Positions 9,212-16,917 of a DNA stretch of 55,401 nt are shown here, one piece after another (the stretch's first letter is position 1; each line of letters begins with the position of its first letter). The DNA lies in assembly GCA_034431815.1 (NCBI GenBank), contig DAOUCS010000132.1, forward strand, positions 1 to 55,401, given 5' to 3'. The translations under genes and the position numbers were made by a program. The notes beneath the pieces were generated by a model that worked only from the letters and a program-made list of their open reading frames with translations, made no database searches and was not told the DNA's origin. Source of the DNA: Dehalococcoidia bacterium (GTDB taxonomy: Bacteria > Chloroflexota > Dehalococcoidia > Tepidiformales > Tepidiformaceae).

Positions 9212-9406
9212 ATGACTCGCAGCCAACTGAATACCGAGGCATGCCCGCTCTGCGGGCGCACGGGGCAATCGCGCACGCGGCTGCTCCTGGCCGATGTCGA
9301 GGCGGCAGCAGGGGTTCGGGGCGCGCGGTTCGCCACCGTGATCTGCCGCGACTGCGCGTTGGCGATGGTGGCGCGCACGGCAGCAGCAGCCGCCGAGCGG
9401 CGGTAG
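9212..9406 (+). CDS. Small (64 aa) zinc-ribbon protein, ClpX-zinc-finger-like CxxC...CxxC
   Basis: Strong SD (GGAAGGGGAG) immediately before ATG 9212. MTRSQLNTEACPLCGR...VICRDCALAMV carries two CxxC pairs. Third codon positions are mostly G/C, as in neighbouring genes. It occupies an otherwise empty 435-nt gap, divergent from nadE. Confidence 0.45.
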   Translation: MTRSQLNTEACPLCGRTGQSRTRLLLADVEAAAGVRGARFATVICRDCALAMVARTAAAAAERR

Positions 9407-9435
9407 GCCCGCTCCGGACCCGTGCGGGGGCTCTC

Positions 9436-9465
9436 CTGACAGGCGGGGAAGCCCGGGGCTAGAAT
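9436..9465 (+). promoter_or_regulatory. Sigma-70-like promoter for glgC (CTGACA-N18-TAGAAT)
   Basis: CTGACA at 9436..9441, 18-nt spacer, TAGAAT at 9460..9465, about 29 nt before the glgC ATG. It shares the 9-mer TAGAATCGG with the promoter at 43112. Confidence 0.4.
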
Positions 9466-9493
9466 CGGGGCAGACCCCCGCACCGGAGCAGCC

Positions 9494-10783
9494 ATGAACG
9501 ACGTCCTGGCGATGATCCTCGCGGGCGGACAGGGGGACCGGCTCTCCGTCCTCTCGGAGCAGCGGGCGAAGCCGGCGGTGGTGTTCGCCGGACACTACCG
9601 CATCATCGATTTCGCCCTGAGCAACTGCGCCAACAGCCAGCTCACGAAGGTGTGCGTGCTGACGCAATATCGCCCGCGCTCGCTCATCAATCACATCGGC
9701 TCGGGCAGGGCGTGGGGGCTGGACCGGCCCGACGGCGCCGTCCAGATTCTCCAGCCGTACCTCGGCCGCGCCGACATGGACTGGTACCAGGGGACGGCCG
9801 ACGCCGTCTACCAGAACCTGTACGTCATCGAGGAGTCGCGCGTCCGGGAGGTCCTCATCCTGGCCGGGGACCACATCTACCTGACGTCGTATCGGAACAT
9901 GATCGCCTACCACCGGAGCCAAGCGGCCGATGTGACGGTGGGCGTGTATACGGTGCCGCTCGAAGAGGCGAAGCGCTTCGGCGTCCTCGACCTCGACAGC
10001 AACGGGCGCATCGTCGACTGGCAGGAAAAGCCGGAACAGCCGAGGTCGACCTGGGTCTCGATGGGCGTCTACTGCTTCAACAAGGACGTCCTCGTCGAGG
10101 AGCTCCAGGCCGACGCCGACCTCGGCGACCAGAGCACCCACGACTTCGGGCGCGACATCATCCCGCGGATCTTCCAGCGCTATCGGGTCTTCGGGTACCA
10201 GTACCAGGACTACTGGCGCGACGTCGGGACCATCCAGTCGTACTGGCAGGCCCACATGGATCTCTTGGGGTCGCGGCCGGCGCTGGACCTCGACGACCCT
10301 GACCTGAAGCTGCGCACCTCGGCACCAACCATGCCGCCCGCCTGGATCGGGCCGCGGGCGGAGGTCATCGATTCGTTGATCTCCCCCGGGGCGCGAATCG
10401 CCGGCCGGGTGGTGCGATCAGTCATCTCGCCCGGGGCGGTGATCGAAGAAGGCGCCGACGTGCGCGACTCGATCATCCAGCACCGATGCATCATCAAGCA
10501 GGGCGCAGTGGTGGACCGCTCGATCCTCGACAAAGAGGTGACGGTGGGCGCAGGTGCATACATCGGCTACGGAAACGATTTCCGCCCGAATGCCGAGCGG
10601 CCAGACATCGTGAATACGGGCATCACCGTCATCGGAAAGCGCGCGACCATTCCCTCCGGCCTTCGGGTGGGGCGGAACGTGGTCGTCGGCCCCGGCGTCG
10701 AAGAGGAGCTAGCGGATTTGGAGGAGCTGCCGAGCGGCGCTTCGGTCCACCCGACGCACATCCCGCTGCACCTCTTCGTGTAG
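9494..10783 (+). CDS. glgC: Glucose-1-phosphate adenylyltransferase
   Basis: 429 aa: ILAGGQGDRLSVLSEQRAKPAV, YRIIDFALSNC, WYQGTADAV, FGV...D....EKP. C-terminal left-handed beta-helix repeats. Confidence 0.92.
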   Translation: MNDVLAMILAGGQGDRLSVLSEQRAKPAVVFAGHYRIIDFALSNCANSQLTKVCVLTQYRPRSLINHIGSGRAWGLDRPDGAVQILQPYLGRADMDWYQGTADAVYQNLYVIEESRVREVLILAGDHIYLTSYRNMIAYHRSQAADVTVGVYTVPLEEAKRFGVLDLDSNGRIVDWQEKPEQPRSTWVSMGVYCFNKDVLVEELQADADLGDQSTHDFGRDIIPRIFQRYRVFGYQYQDYWRDVGTIQSYWQAHMDLLGSRPALDLDDPDLKLRTSAPTMPPAWIGPRAEVIDSLISPGARIAGRVVRSVISPGAVIEEGADVRDSIIQHRCIIKQGAVVDRSILDKEVTVGAGAYIGYGNDFRPNAERPDIVNTGITVIGKRATIPSGLRVGRNVVVGPGVEEELADLEELPSGASVHPTHIPLHLFV

Positions 10784-10792
10784 CATGCACGC

Positions 10793-11200
10793 GTGCGGCT
10801 GTTCACGGTCGAGGAGGCGCGGGCCGTCCTGCGAGCGCTGCTCCCCGTCATCGGGCGGATGGTCGCTGCCGCCCGCCGGGCTGAGCAACTCGAGCGTCGA
10901 ATCGTGGCGGCGGCCCGAACCGCCGCCGGCAACGGCCACTCCCGCGACCCGGTACCCCGGGAGGACGAGACCGGCCCCGGAGAGCTCGAAGAGCTTAGGT
11001 CCGTCCTCGAAGCGTTAGTGCGCGCCATCGCCGCGGCCGGCGCGGAGGTGAAGGACCTGCGGCGGGGGCTTGTCGACTTCCCCGCCGAGCGAGCCGGCGA
11101 AATCGTGTACCTCTGCTACGAATACGGGGAGCCCGACATCCAGTTCTGGCATCCCGCGGACACCGGCTACGCGGGCCGGCGGCCGCTCTCGGAGTTTTGA
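10793..11200 (+). CDS. DUF2203-family protein
   Basis: 135 aa. MRLFTVEEARAVLRALLP...GLVDFPAERAGEIVYLCYEYGEPDIQFWHPADTGYAGRRPL matches my memory of the DUF2203 pattern. GTG start 9 nt after glgC. Confidence 0.65.
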   Translation: MRLFTVEEARAVLRALLPVIGRMVAAARRAEQLERRIVAAARTAAGNGHSRDPVPREDETGPGELEELRSVLEALVRAIAAAGAEVKDLRRGLVDFPAERAGEIVYLCYEYGEPDIQFWHPADTGYAGRRPLSEF

Positions 11201-11229
11201 TTCGGGATGAGCAGGCGGAGGGACACGCG

Positions 11230-12090
11230 ATGACGGACGGACCGATGCGCGACATCTACGTGATGGCCAACGGCCTGCGTCACCATCTCATCGCCCGAGG
11301 GAAACAGGGCGCTCCCATCGTGATGATGATCCACGGGCTCACGCAGCAGGCCCACGTCTTCGACGGCGTGGCCTCGAGGCTTGCGCGGCACTTCCACGTG
11401 TACTGCCTCGATGTCCGCGGGCGCGGGGAGAGCGACTGGGGCCCGCCCGACGAGTACCGCCTCGACGTGTACGTGCGCGACTTGGAGGCCCTTCGCGAAG
11501 CGCTGGGAATCGACCGGTTCGCCCTCGTGGGGACATCGATGGGCGGCCTCATCACCATGTACTACACCCCGCAGCACCCCGAACGGGTGTGGGCAGCGGT
11601 GCTCAACGATATCGGGCCCGAGATCGCCCAGCCCGGGCTGCAGCGGATCATGACGATGCTGACCAGCGCCCCCGAGGCGTTCACCGACTTGAAGGCGGCG
11701 GCACGCTACTACCGGGAGTCGAACGCGCCGGTCCTTGCGCGGCGCACCGACGACGAGGTGCTCGAGTACGCCCGCTGGCACGTCCGCCGTGACGACACGG
11801 GGCTCTACGTCTGGAAGATGGACCCGGCCATCCGCCGTCCGCCGCAGCAGCCGATACCGCCTCCCATGGATCCCTGGGAGGCGTTTCGCGGCATCCAGGC
11901 GCCCGTCCTCGTGATTCGGGGCGCCGAGAGCGACGTGCTCGACCGCGCAACGGCGGAACGCATGGCGGCCGAACACCCGCAGTGCACGCTCGTCGAGGTC
12001 CCCGGCGTCGGCCATGCGCCCGCGCTCACGGAGCCGGAGGCGTACGGGCCTCTGGAGCGTTTCCTTCGCGAATGCGCCGGCATCGGCTAA
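11230..12090 (+). CDS. Alpha/beta-fold hydrolase
   Basis: ATG 11230, preceded by GGAGGG with a 7-nt spacer. HGLTQQAHVF, nucleophile elbow GTSMGG, C-terminal GHAP. Confidence 0.8.
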   Translation: MTDGPMRDIYVMANGLRHHLIARGKQGAPIVMMIHGLTQQAHVFDGVASRLARHFHVYCLDVRGRGESDWGPPDEYRLDVYVRDLEALREALGIDRFALVGTSMGGLITMYYTPQHPERVWAAVLNDIGPEIAQPGLQRIMTMLTSAPEAFTDLKAAARYYRESNAPVLARRTDDEVLEYARWHVRRDDTGLYVWKMDPAIRRPPQQPIPPPMDPWEAFRGIQAPVLVIRGAESDVLDRATAERMAAEHPQCTLVEVPGVGHAPALTEPEAYGPLERFLRECAGIG

Positions 12091-12134
12091 CATTTCGTCG
12101 GCCGGAAATGGCCCCAGTAAGGAAGGAGGAGCGA

Positions 12135-13169
12135 ATGCCGACGTCCCTTACCTGCATAAAGGCCGGACAGGGCCAAGTGGCGATGCAGACGATCCCCATG
12201 CCCGACCAGCCAGGTCCGGGCCAGGCGCTCGTGCGCACCACGCTGTCCACCGTCTGCGGCAGCGACATCCACATCGTCGACGAGCTCCCCGTCCCGCCCG
12301 GCGTGCCCATGGGCCACGAGGCAGTGGGCATCGTGGAAGCAGTCGGTGCGGGCGTGACGGCCTTCAAGCCGGGTGACCGCGTGGTGGTGAGCTGCCTGCT
12401 CTGCTGCGGGGTCTGCGTCCGCTGCCAAGAGGGGAACCAGCAGGTCTGCCAGACGTTCGCCGCCCCGAACAACCTCCTCTTCGGCGCGCAAGGGGAGTAC
12501 TTCCTCGTCAACGGGGCACAGACGTCAATGGCGAAAGTCCCCGACTCGCTGGAGGATGAGCAGGTCATCTTCGTGGGCGACATCCTCTCGACGGGCTTCG
12601 GGGCGATCGAGCGGGCCGGACTGCGCACGGGCGACACCGTCGCCATTTTCGCACAGGGCCCTGTGGGCCTCTGTGCCACCATGGCAGCTCGGGCGCTCGG
12701 CGCCGGCCTCATCATCGCCGTGGAGGGCATCCCCGAGCGCCAGGAGATGGCGAAGCGAATGGGCGCGGACGTCGTGGTCGAGCCCAACGACGCCGTCCAG
12801 CGGATCATGGCCCTCACCAACAATGTTGGCGTCGACGTGGCGGTTGAGGCCCTTGGGCACCAGGCAACCTTCGAGAATGCCTGCGCCGTGACGCGGTGGG
12901 GCGGCACGGTCAGCAGCGTCGGCGTGTACGGCGCCTTCCCCACTTTGACGCTGCCGACGGCGGGGACGTTCCTCCACCGGCGGATCGTGACCACGCTCTG
13001 CCCGGTGGGAACCGACCGGATGGAGCGGCTGATGCGCCTCATCGAGCGGGGCAGGATCGACCCCCGGCCGCTCTTCACCCACCGCATGAAGCTGGAGGAG
13101 ACGCCGGCAGCCTACGAACGGTTCCGCAAGCGCGAAGGAGGCGTTCTGAAGATCGCCCTCCGGCCATAG
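12135..13169 (+). CDS. Zinc-dependent alcohol dehydrogenase (MDR family)
   Basis: ATG 12135 after AAGGAAGGAGGAG. GHEAVGIVEAVGAGV, structural-Zn Cys cluster CLLCCGVCVRC, Rossmann FAQGPVGL. Confidence 0.85.
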   Translation: MPTSLTCIKAGQGQVAMQTIPMPDQPGPGQALVRTTLSTVCGSDIHIVDELPVPPGVPMGHEAVGIVEAVGAGVTAFKPGDRVVVSCLLCCGVCVRCQEGNQQVCQTFAAPNNLLFGAQGEYFLVNGAQTSMAKVPDSLEDEQVIFVGDILSTGFGAIERAGLRTGDTVAIFAQGPVGLCATMAARALGAGLIIAVEGIPERQEMAKRMGADVVVEPNDAVQRIMALTNNVGVDVAVEALGHQATFENACAVTRWGGTVSSVGVYGAFPTLTLPTAGTFLHRRIVTTLCPVGTDRMERLMRLIERGRIDPRPLFTHRMKLEETPAAYERFRKREGGVLKIALRP

Positions 13170-13172
13170 GGG

Positions 13173-14192
13173 TCATCGCCGCCGGGCCACGCCAGCCGCG
13201 AGTTCGACGAGCCGGCGCGCGTGGACCTCGAGCGCCCGGAGCTGGCGCTCGACCGTTCGCCGCACGGCAGCCGGGGCTCGCGGGTCGCCCTCGCACCACC
13301 ACCGCGCCAGGGCACGGACCGCGTCCCAGATGGCTACCGCCCGCACGAGCACGGGCAGCGCCTGCCACTCTTCCGGCTCGAGGGGCCGAAGCGCCTCGTA
13401 TCCCTCCAGGAGCCCGAGCGCTGCCGCCAGGTCGAACGCGGCCGGCCGCGCCGGGTTCCAGGCTTCGCGCACCAACGCGGCAGCAACGTCGAAGGCGAGC
13501 GCGTCCCAATGGGCGAGCTCCAAGCGCAGGAGCGCGGACGGCTGCCCGCCCGCAAAGGGGATCGTCTCGCGGCAGACCGTCAGGAGGACCACGCCGCGCG
13601 GAAGGTCGGCGTACCCGCAGCGGGCCAAGTCGCGCACGAGGCGGAACCGCTCCCTCCGGAAGGCGACGGCGAGGGCAGGAGCTTCCCGGGCGAAGGCCAC
13701 GAGGAGTTCGCCGAGGGTGCCGAGCCCCGCGGGCCGGACAAGGGTGTCGAGCTCCCAGGCGAGGCCGAGCCCCTCGGGCTGGTCGTCGACCGGAAAGCGC
13801 AGGGCGTCGCGGTGGAGGCGGGCGAGCAGCCTGCCGAGGATCGGCGCCGCGCCAGAGCTACGGGCGGGAAGCGGCCGACCCGGGCAGAAGGGGTACAGGG
13901 AGAAGCGTTCGCCACCGAGGCCGACCACGTCGCGGCCGTCGCGGGTGGTGAGCGGGGGCGCAGCAGGCCATCCCTTCCCCTCCAGGTAGGCCCGCAGCGC
14001 ATGCTCCCAAGTGACGGCCTGGTCGGGGCGCCCGGGGTCATGACGGCGGACGAGGTACGTCTCTCCCCCTGCGACGGCGCGCCACTCCAGTCCAGCCTCC
14101 CCTCCAGGGAGCGGGAAGATGCCCTCCGCCTCGATACCGAAGAGGCGGAGGGCGCGCACCACCTCTGGTCCTGGCGGACGGCGGCCTGCCAT
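13173..14192 (-). CDS. Homoserine kinase type II / APH-fold phosphotransferase-like protein with substituted catalytic residues (pseudokinase)
   Basis: 339 aa. Aligns without gaps by eye to ThrB2-type kinases: LPRGVVLLTVCRETIPFAGG..ALLRLELAHWDALAFDVAAAL versus LPRANLHADLFRDNVLFDG..GLIDFYNAC....YDLAITL. The H, D, N and D(F) positions are L, T, T and R here. Confidence 0.7.
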   Translation of the reverse strand: MAGRRPPGPEVVRALRLFGIEAEGIFPLPGGEAGLEWRAVAGGETYLVRRHDPGRPDQAVTWEHALRAYLEGKGWPAAPPLTTRDGRDVVGLGGERFSLYPFCPGRPLPARSSGAAPILGRLLARLHRDALRFPVDDQPEGLGLAWELDTLVRPAGLGTLGELLVAFAREAPALAVAFRRERFRLVRDLARCGYADLPRGVVLLTVCRETIPFAGGQPSALLRLELAHWDALAFDVAAALVREAWNPARPAAFDLAAALGLLEGYEALRPLEPEEWQALPVLVRAVAIWDAVRALARWWCEGDPRAPAAVRRTVERQLRALEVHARRLVELAAGVARRR

Positions 14193-14231
14193 GCCTCCCA
14201 GTGTACGCGCCGCCGCCCCCTGCCGGCCCGT

Positions 14232-14987
14232 TCAGTACGCCGTCCAGCCGCCGTCGGCCACGACGACAGCGCCGTTGACGAAGCTCGCCTCGTCGCTGGC
14301 AAGGAAGAGCGCCACAGCGGCGATTTCCTCCGGCTGCGCGATGCGAGGCATGAGGGCCGCGCCGAGCTGCATGCGAGATAGCCCAAAGGCGTTCGGTTCG
14401 CCGCCAAGCCCGATCGCAGTCTGCACGGGGCCAGGGCAGATGGCGTTGCAGCGGATGCGCTGGCTCGCGTACATGAACGCGATGTTCCTGGTGAGGCCGA
14501 CCAGGCCGTGCTTGGAGGCCGTGTAGGCGGCGCCGGCCCGCCCGCCGTGGAGCCCTCCGACCGAGGCGATGTTGATAATGACGCCGCCGTTCTGCCGGAG
14601 CATCACCGGGATAGCTTCCCGGCACAGCAGGAACGGGCCGGTAAGGTTCACACGGAGCACCCGTTCCCAGAGGTCGATAGGCGTGTCCGCGACAGGGGCC
14701 ATCCGGTCCATGATGCCGGCGTTGTTGCAGAGGATGTCCAGCCTGCCGAATCGCTCCACCGCGGCGGCGACGATGCGGGCTGCGTCCTCGGGCGAGCCGA
14801 CGTCGGCGCCGAGGGCGAGCGCCTCTCCCCCAGCGCCGGCAATCTCGCCGGCCGCCGCCTCGGCGCGGTCCGGGGCCACGTCGGCGGCCACGATGCGGGC
14901 GCCCTCGCCGGCGAACCGGAGGGCGATGGCCTTTCCGATGCCGGATCCGGCTCCGGTGACGATGGCGACGCGTCCTTCGAGCTGCAT
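14232..14987 (-). CDS. Short-chain dehydrogenase/reductase (classical SDR)
   Basis: Internal ATG 14987 after AAGGAGGA. TGAGSGIGKA, NNAG, YTASKHG (YxxxK). Confidence 0.88.
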   Translation of the reverse strand: MQLEGRVAIVTGAGSGIGKAIALRFAGEGARIVAADVAPDRAEAAAGEIAGAGGEALALGADVGSPEDAARIVAAAVERFGRLDILCNNAGIMDRMAPVADTPIDLWERVLRVNLTGPFLLCREAIPVMLRQNGGVIINIASVGGLHGGRAGAAYTASKHGLVGLTRNIAFMYASQRIRCNAICPGPVQTAIGLGGEPNAFGLSRMQLGAALMPRIAQPEEIAAVALFLASDEASFVNGAVVVADGGWTAY

Positions 14988-15071
14988 GGTCCGTCCTCCT
15001 TGCGAGCTTGCGTTCTCACGGCATCGTATCCGCGCCGCCGAGGCGGGGCCGAGGCCGAACGGGGAAAGGAA

Positions 15072-15104
15072 GCGCCCCCTCCCGACCGTTGCGGGAGGGG
15101 GCGC
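15072..15104 (-). terminator. Hairpin terminator after the thiolase gene
   Basis: Perfect 12-bp GC stem GCGCCCCCTCCC (15072..15083) / GGGAGGGGGCGC (15093..15104) with a 9-nt loop, 25 nt downstream of the thiolase stop. On the minus strand it is followed by UUCCUUUCCCC. Confidence 0.6.
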
Positions 15105-15129
15105 CCAGGGGAGTGAGGCCGGGTGCGGG

Positions 15130-16326
15130 CTACCGCTGGAGGATGTGGACGGTGCAGGCCGAGCAGAGGCCGATGACGTGGGCGAGGCCCACCTTGGCTC
15201 CCTCCACCTGGCGGGCGCCGGCCTGGCCGCGAAGGTGCCAGACGATCTCGGCGATGTTGGCAACGCCGGTGGCGCCGAGCGGATGTCCCTTGGAGAGGAG
15301 GCCGCCGCTGACGTTCACCACGGCCTTCGTCTTCGGCTTGTACGTCTTGTCGACGAAGGGCGCGACATCCTCTTCGTACTTGGTGGGAACCTTGTTCCCG
15401 AGCCAGGGAGCGCCGCTGGCGATGTGCTTCGCCGCCTCCCCCTCGCCGCAGAGGCCGAGGTTCTCGTAGTGCAGCAGCTCAGCGGTGGCGAAGCAGTCGT
15501 GCAGCTCGACCTGGTCGAGGTCTTCGGGGCCGATGCCCGCCATCTCGTACGCCTGCTTCGCCGCGTTCCGAGTCAAGGTGTTGATGTCGGGCAGCGTGAG
15601 GTCGCGGTCGGTGTACGGGTCGCTGGTAAGGACGCTTGCCGCGATCTTGATGGGCTGGGTGGTGAACTGCCGCGCCTTGTCCATGGAGCAGAGCACCGCT
15701 GCCGCAGCGCCGTCACCCGTCGGGCAGCACATGAGCAGGGTGTTGGGGTAGGCCACGACGCGGGAGTTGATGACCTCGTCCAGCGGGGTTTCCTTCTGGT
15801 ACTGGGCCAACGGGTTCATGGTGCTGTGCCAGTGGTTCTTCACACTGGCGAGGGCGAACTGCTCCTGCGTGGTGCCGTACTTGCGCATGTGCTCCATCCC
15901 AGCCATGCCGAATACGGCAGGCATGAGGTAGGAGCCGATCCGGCCTTCGATGGAGGTCGCCGGGTCGCGCGGCGCACCGAGCAGGCCCTGCTTCCCCATC
16001 TGCTCCGAACCGATGGCAAGGACGATGTCGTACGCGCCGGACGCAACGGCAAGGTACGCCTCGCGGAAGGCCGTGGAGCCGGTGGCGCAAGCGTTCGCGA
16101 CGTTGACGACGGGAATGCCCGTCTGGCCCATCTGCTGGAGGATGCGCTGGCCGGAGCCGCTCGTCTGGTACAGGTTGCCGCTGTAGAGCGCCTGAATCTG
16201 CTTCATCTCGACGCCCGCGTCCTTGAGGGCATCGAGGCCGGCGCGGGCGGCGAGCTCCTCGACCTTGCGGTCCGGATACCGCCCGAATTTGATCATCGAC
16301 ACTCCGATGATGGCGACTTCACGCAT
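15130..16326 (-). CDS. Thiolase-like protein (SCP-x / BbsB / archaeal-type acetyl-CoA acetyltransferase clade)
   Basis: 398 aa: MREVAIIGVSMIKFGR..., NVANACATGSTAF (active Cys), GGLLSKGHPLGATGV. Paired with a DUF35 gene 27 nt upstream. Confidence 0.88.
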   Translation of the reverse strand: MREVAIIGVSMIKFGRYPDRKVEELAARAGLDALKDAGVEMKQIQALYSGNLYQTSGSGQRILQQMGQTGIPVVNVANACATGSTAFREAYLAVASGAYDIVLAIGSEQMGKQGLLGAPRDPATSIEGRIGSYLMPAVFGMAGMEHMRKYGTTQEQFALASVKNHWHSTMNPLAQYQKETPLDEVINSRVVAYPNTLLMCCPTGDGAAAAVLCSMDKARQFTTQPIKIAASVLTSDPYTDRDLTLPDINTLTRNAAKQAYEMAGIGPEDLDQVELHDCFATAELLHYENLGLCGEGEAAKHIASGAPWLGNKVPTKYEEDVAPFVDKTYKPKTKAVVNVSGGLLSKGHPLGATGVANIAEIVWHLRGQAGARQVEGAKVGLAHVIGLCSACTVHILQR

Positions 16327-16353
16327 CGTACTTCCTCCTTCCTTTTGCAGGCG

Positions 16354-16782
16354 TCAGGCTGGGCGGAACTTGTAGCCCACGTACTGGTTCCCGTCGGCGT
16401 CTTGGGAGACGACCTCGGTGAACATCTTGACCTTCATGCCGAACTTGAGATTCTCCGGCTTCGGCTCGATGCCCTCGATGTTGGCGTTCACGGAGACGCC
16501 TTCGGGCAGGTCGATGACGGCGGCGATGTAGGGCACCTTCACCCAAGGCACCGACTGGTGGATGATCGACCAGACGTACACCTCGCCTTCCTTGCTGAGG
16601 CGGACCGTTTCGAAGGGGCCTTCACCACTGCACTTCCCGCAGAAGAGGCGCGGCCCGACGTACAGGGTGCCGCAGTTCTTGCAGCGGCTGCCGAAGAGGT
16701 AGTCCTCCTCGCGCGTGTTCCCGAGCGCGAGGTACGGCACGATGGGGCGGAGTTCGCCTTTTGGCGGGGCTTCGGTGGTCAA
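16354..16782 (-). CDS. DUF35 Zn-ribbon/OB-fold protein (BbsA / thiolase-partner type)
   Basis: 142 aa. CKNCGTLYVGPRLFCGKCSG (CxxC..CxxC rubredoxin-like), then an OB-fold segment. TTG start 7 nt after AGGAGG. Confidence 0.85.
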   Translation of the reverse strand: MTTEAPPKGELRPIVPYLALGNTREEDYLFGSRCKNCGTLYVGPRLFCGKCSGEGPFETVRLSKEGEVYVWSIIHQSVPWVKVPYIAAVIDLPEGVSVNANIEGIEPKPENLKFGMKVKMFTEVVSQDADGNQYVGYKFRPA

Positions 16783-16917
16783 TCCACTTCCTCCTTTGTC
16801 CGGCTGGGGTCGCGCCGCACGCCGGCCGGAGGCCTACGGCCGGCGAATCGCGTCCCAATTGTCGTTCTGGCGGCCGAAGGGCGTCAAGGTCGTTCGGTCG
16901 ACCGAAAACGACATCGG

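Noticed and set aside
16821-16912. Two hairpins (GCCGGCC...GGCCGGC at 16821..16844; GTCGTT..CGGTCGACCG..AACGAC at 16889..16912) as terminators between the NuoF-like and DUF35 genes
   Set aside because: The stems are short for this GC content, there are no U-tracts, and such pairings arise easily by chance in GC-rich DNA. I cannot decide whether the two gene pairs are co-transcribed.
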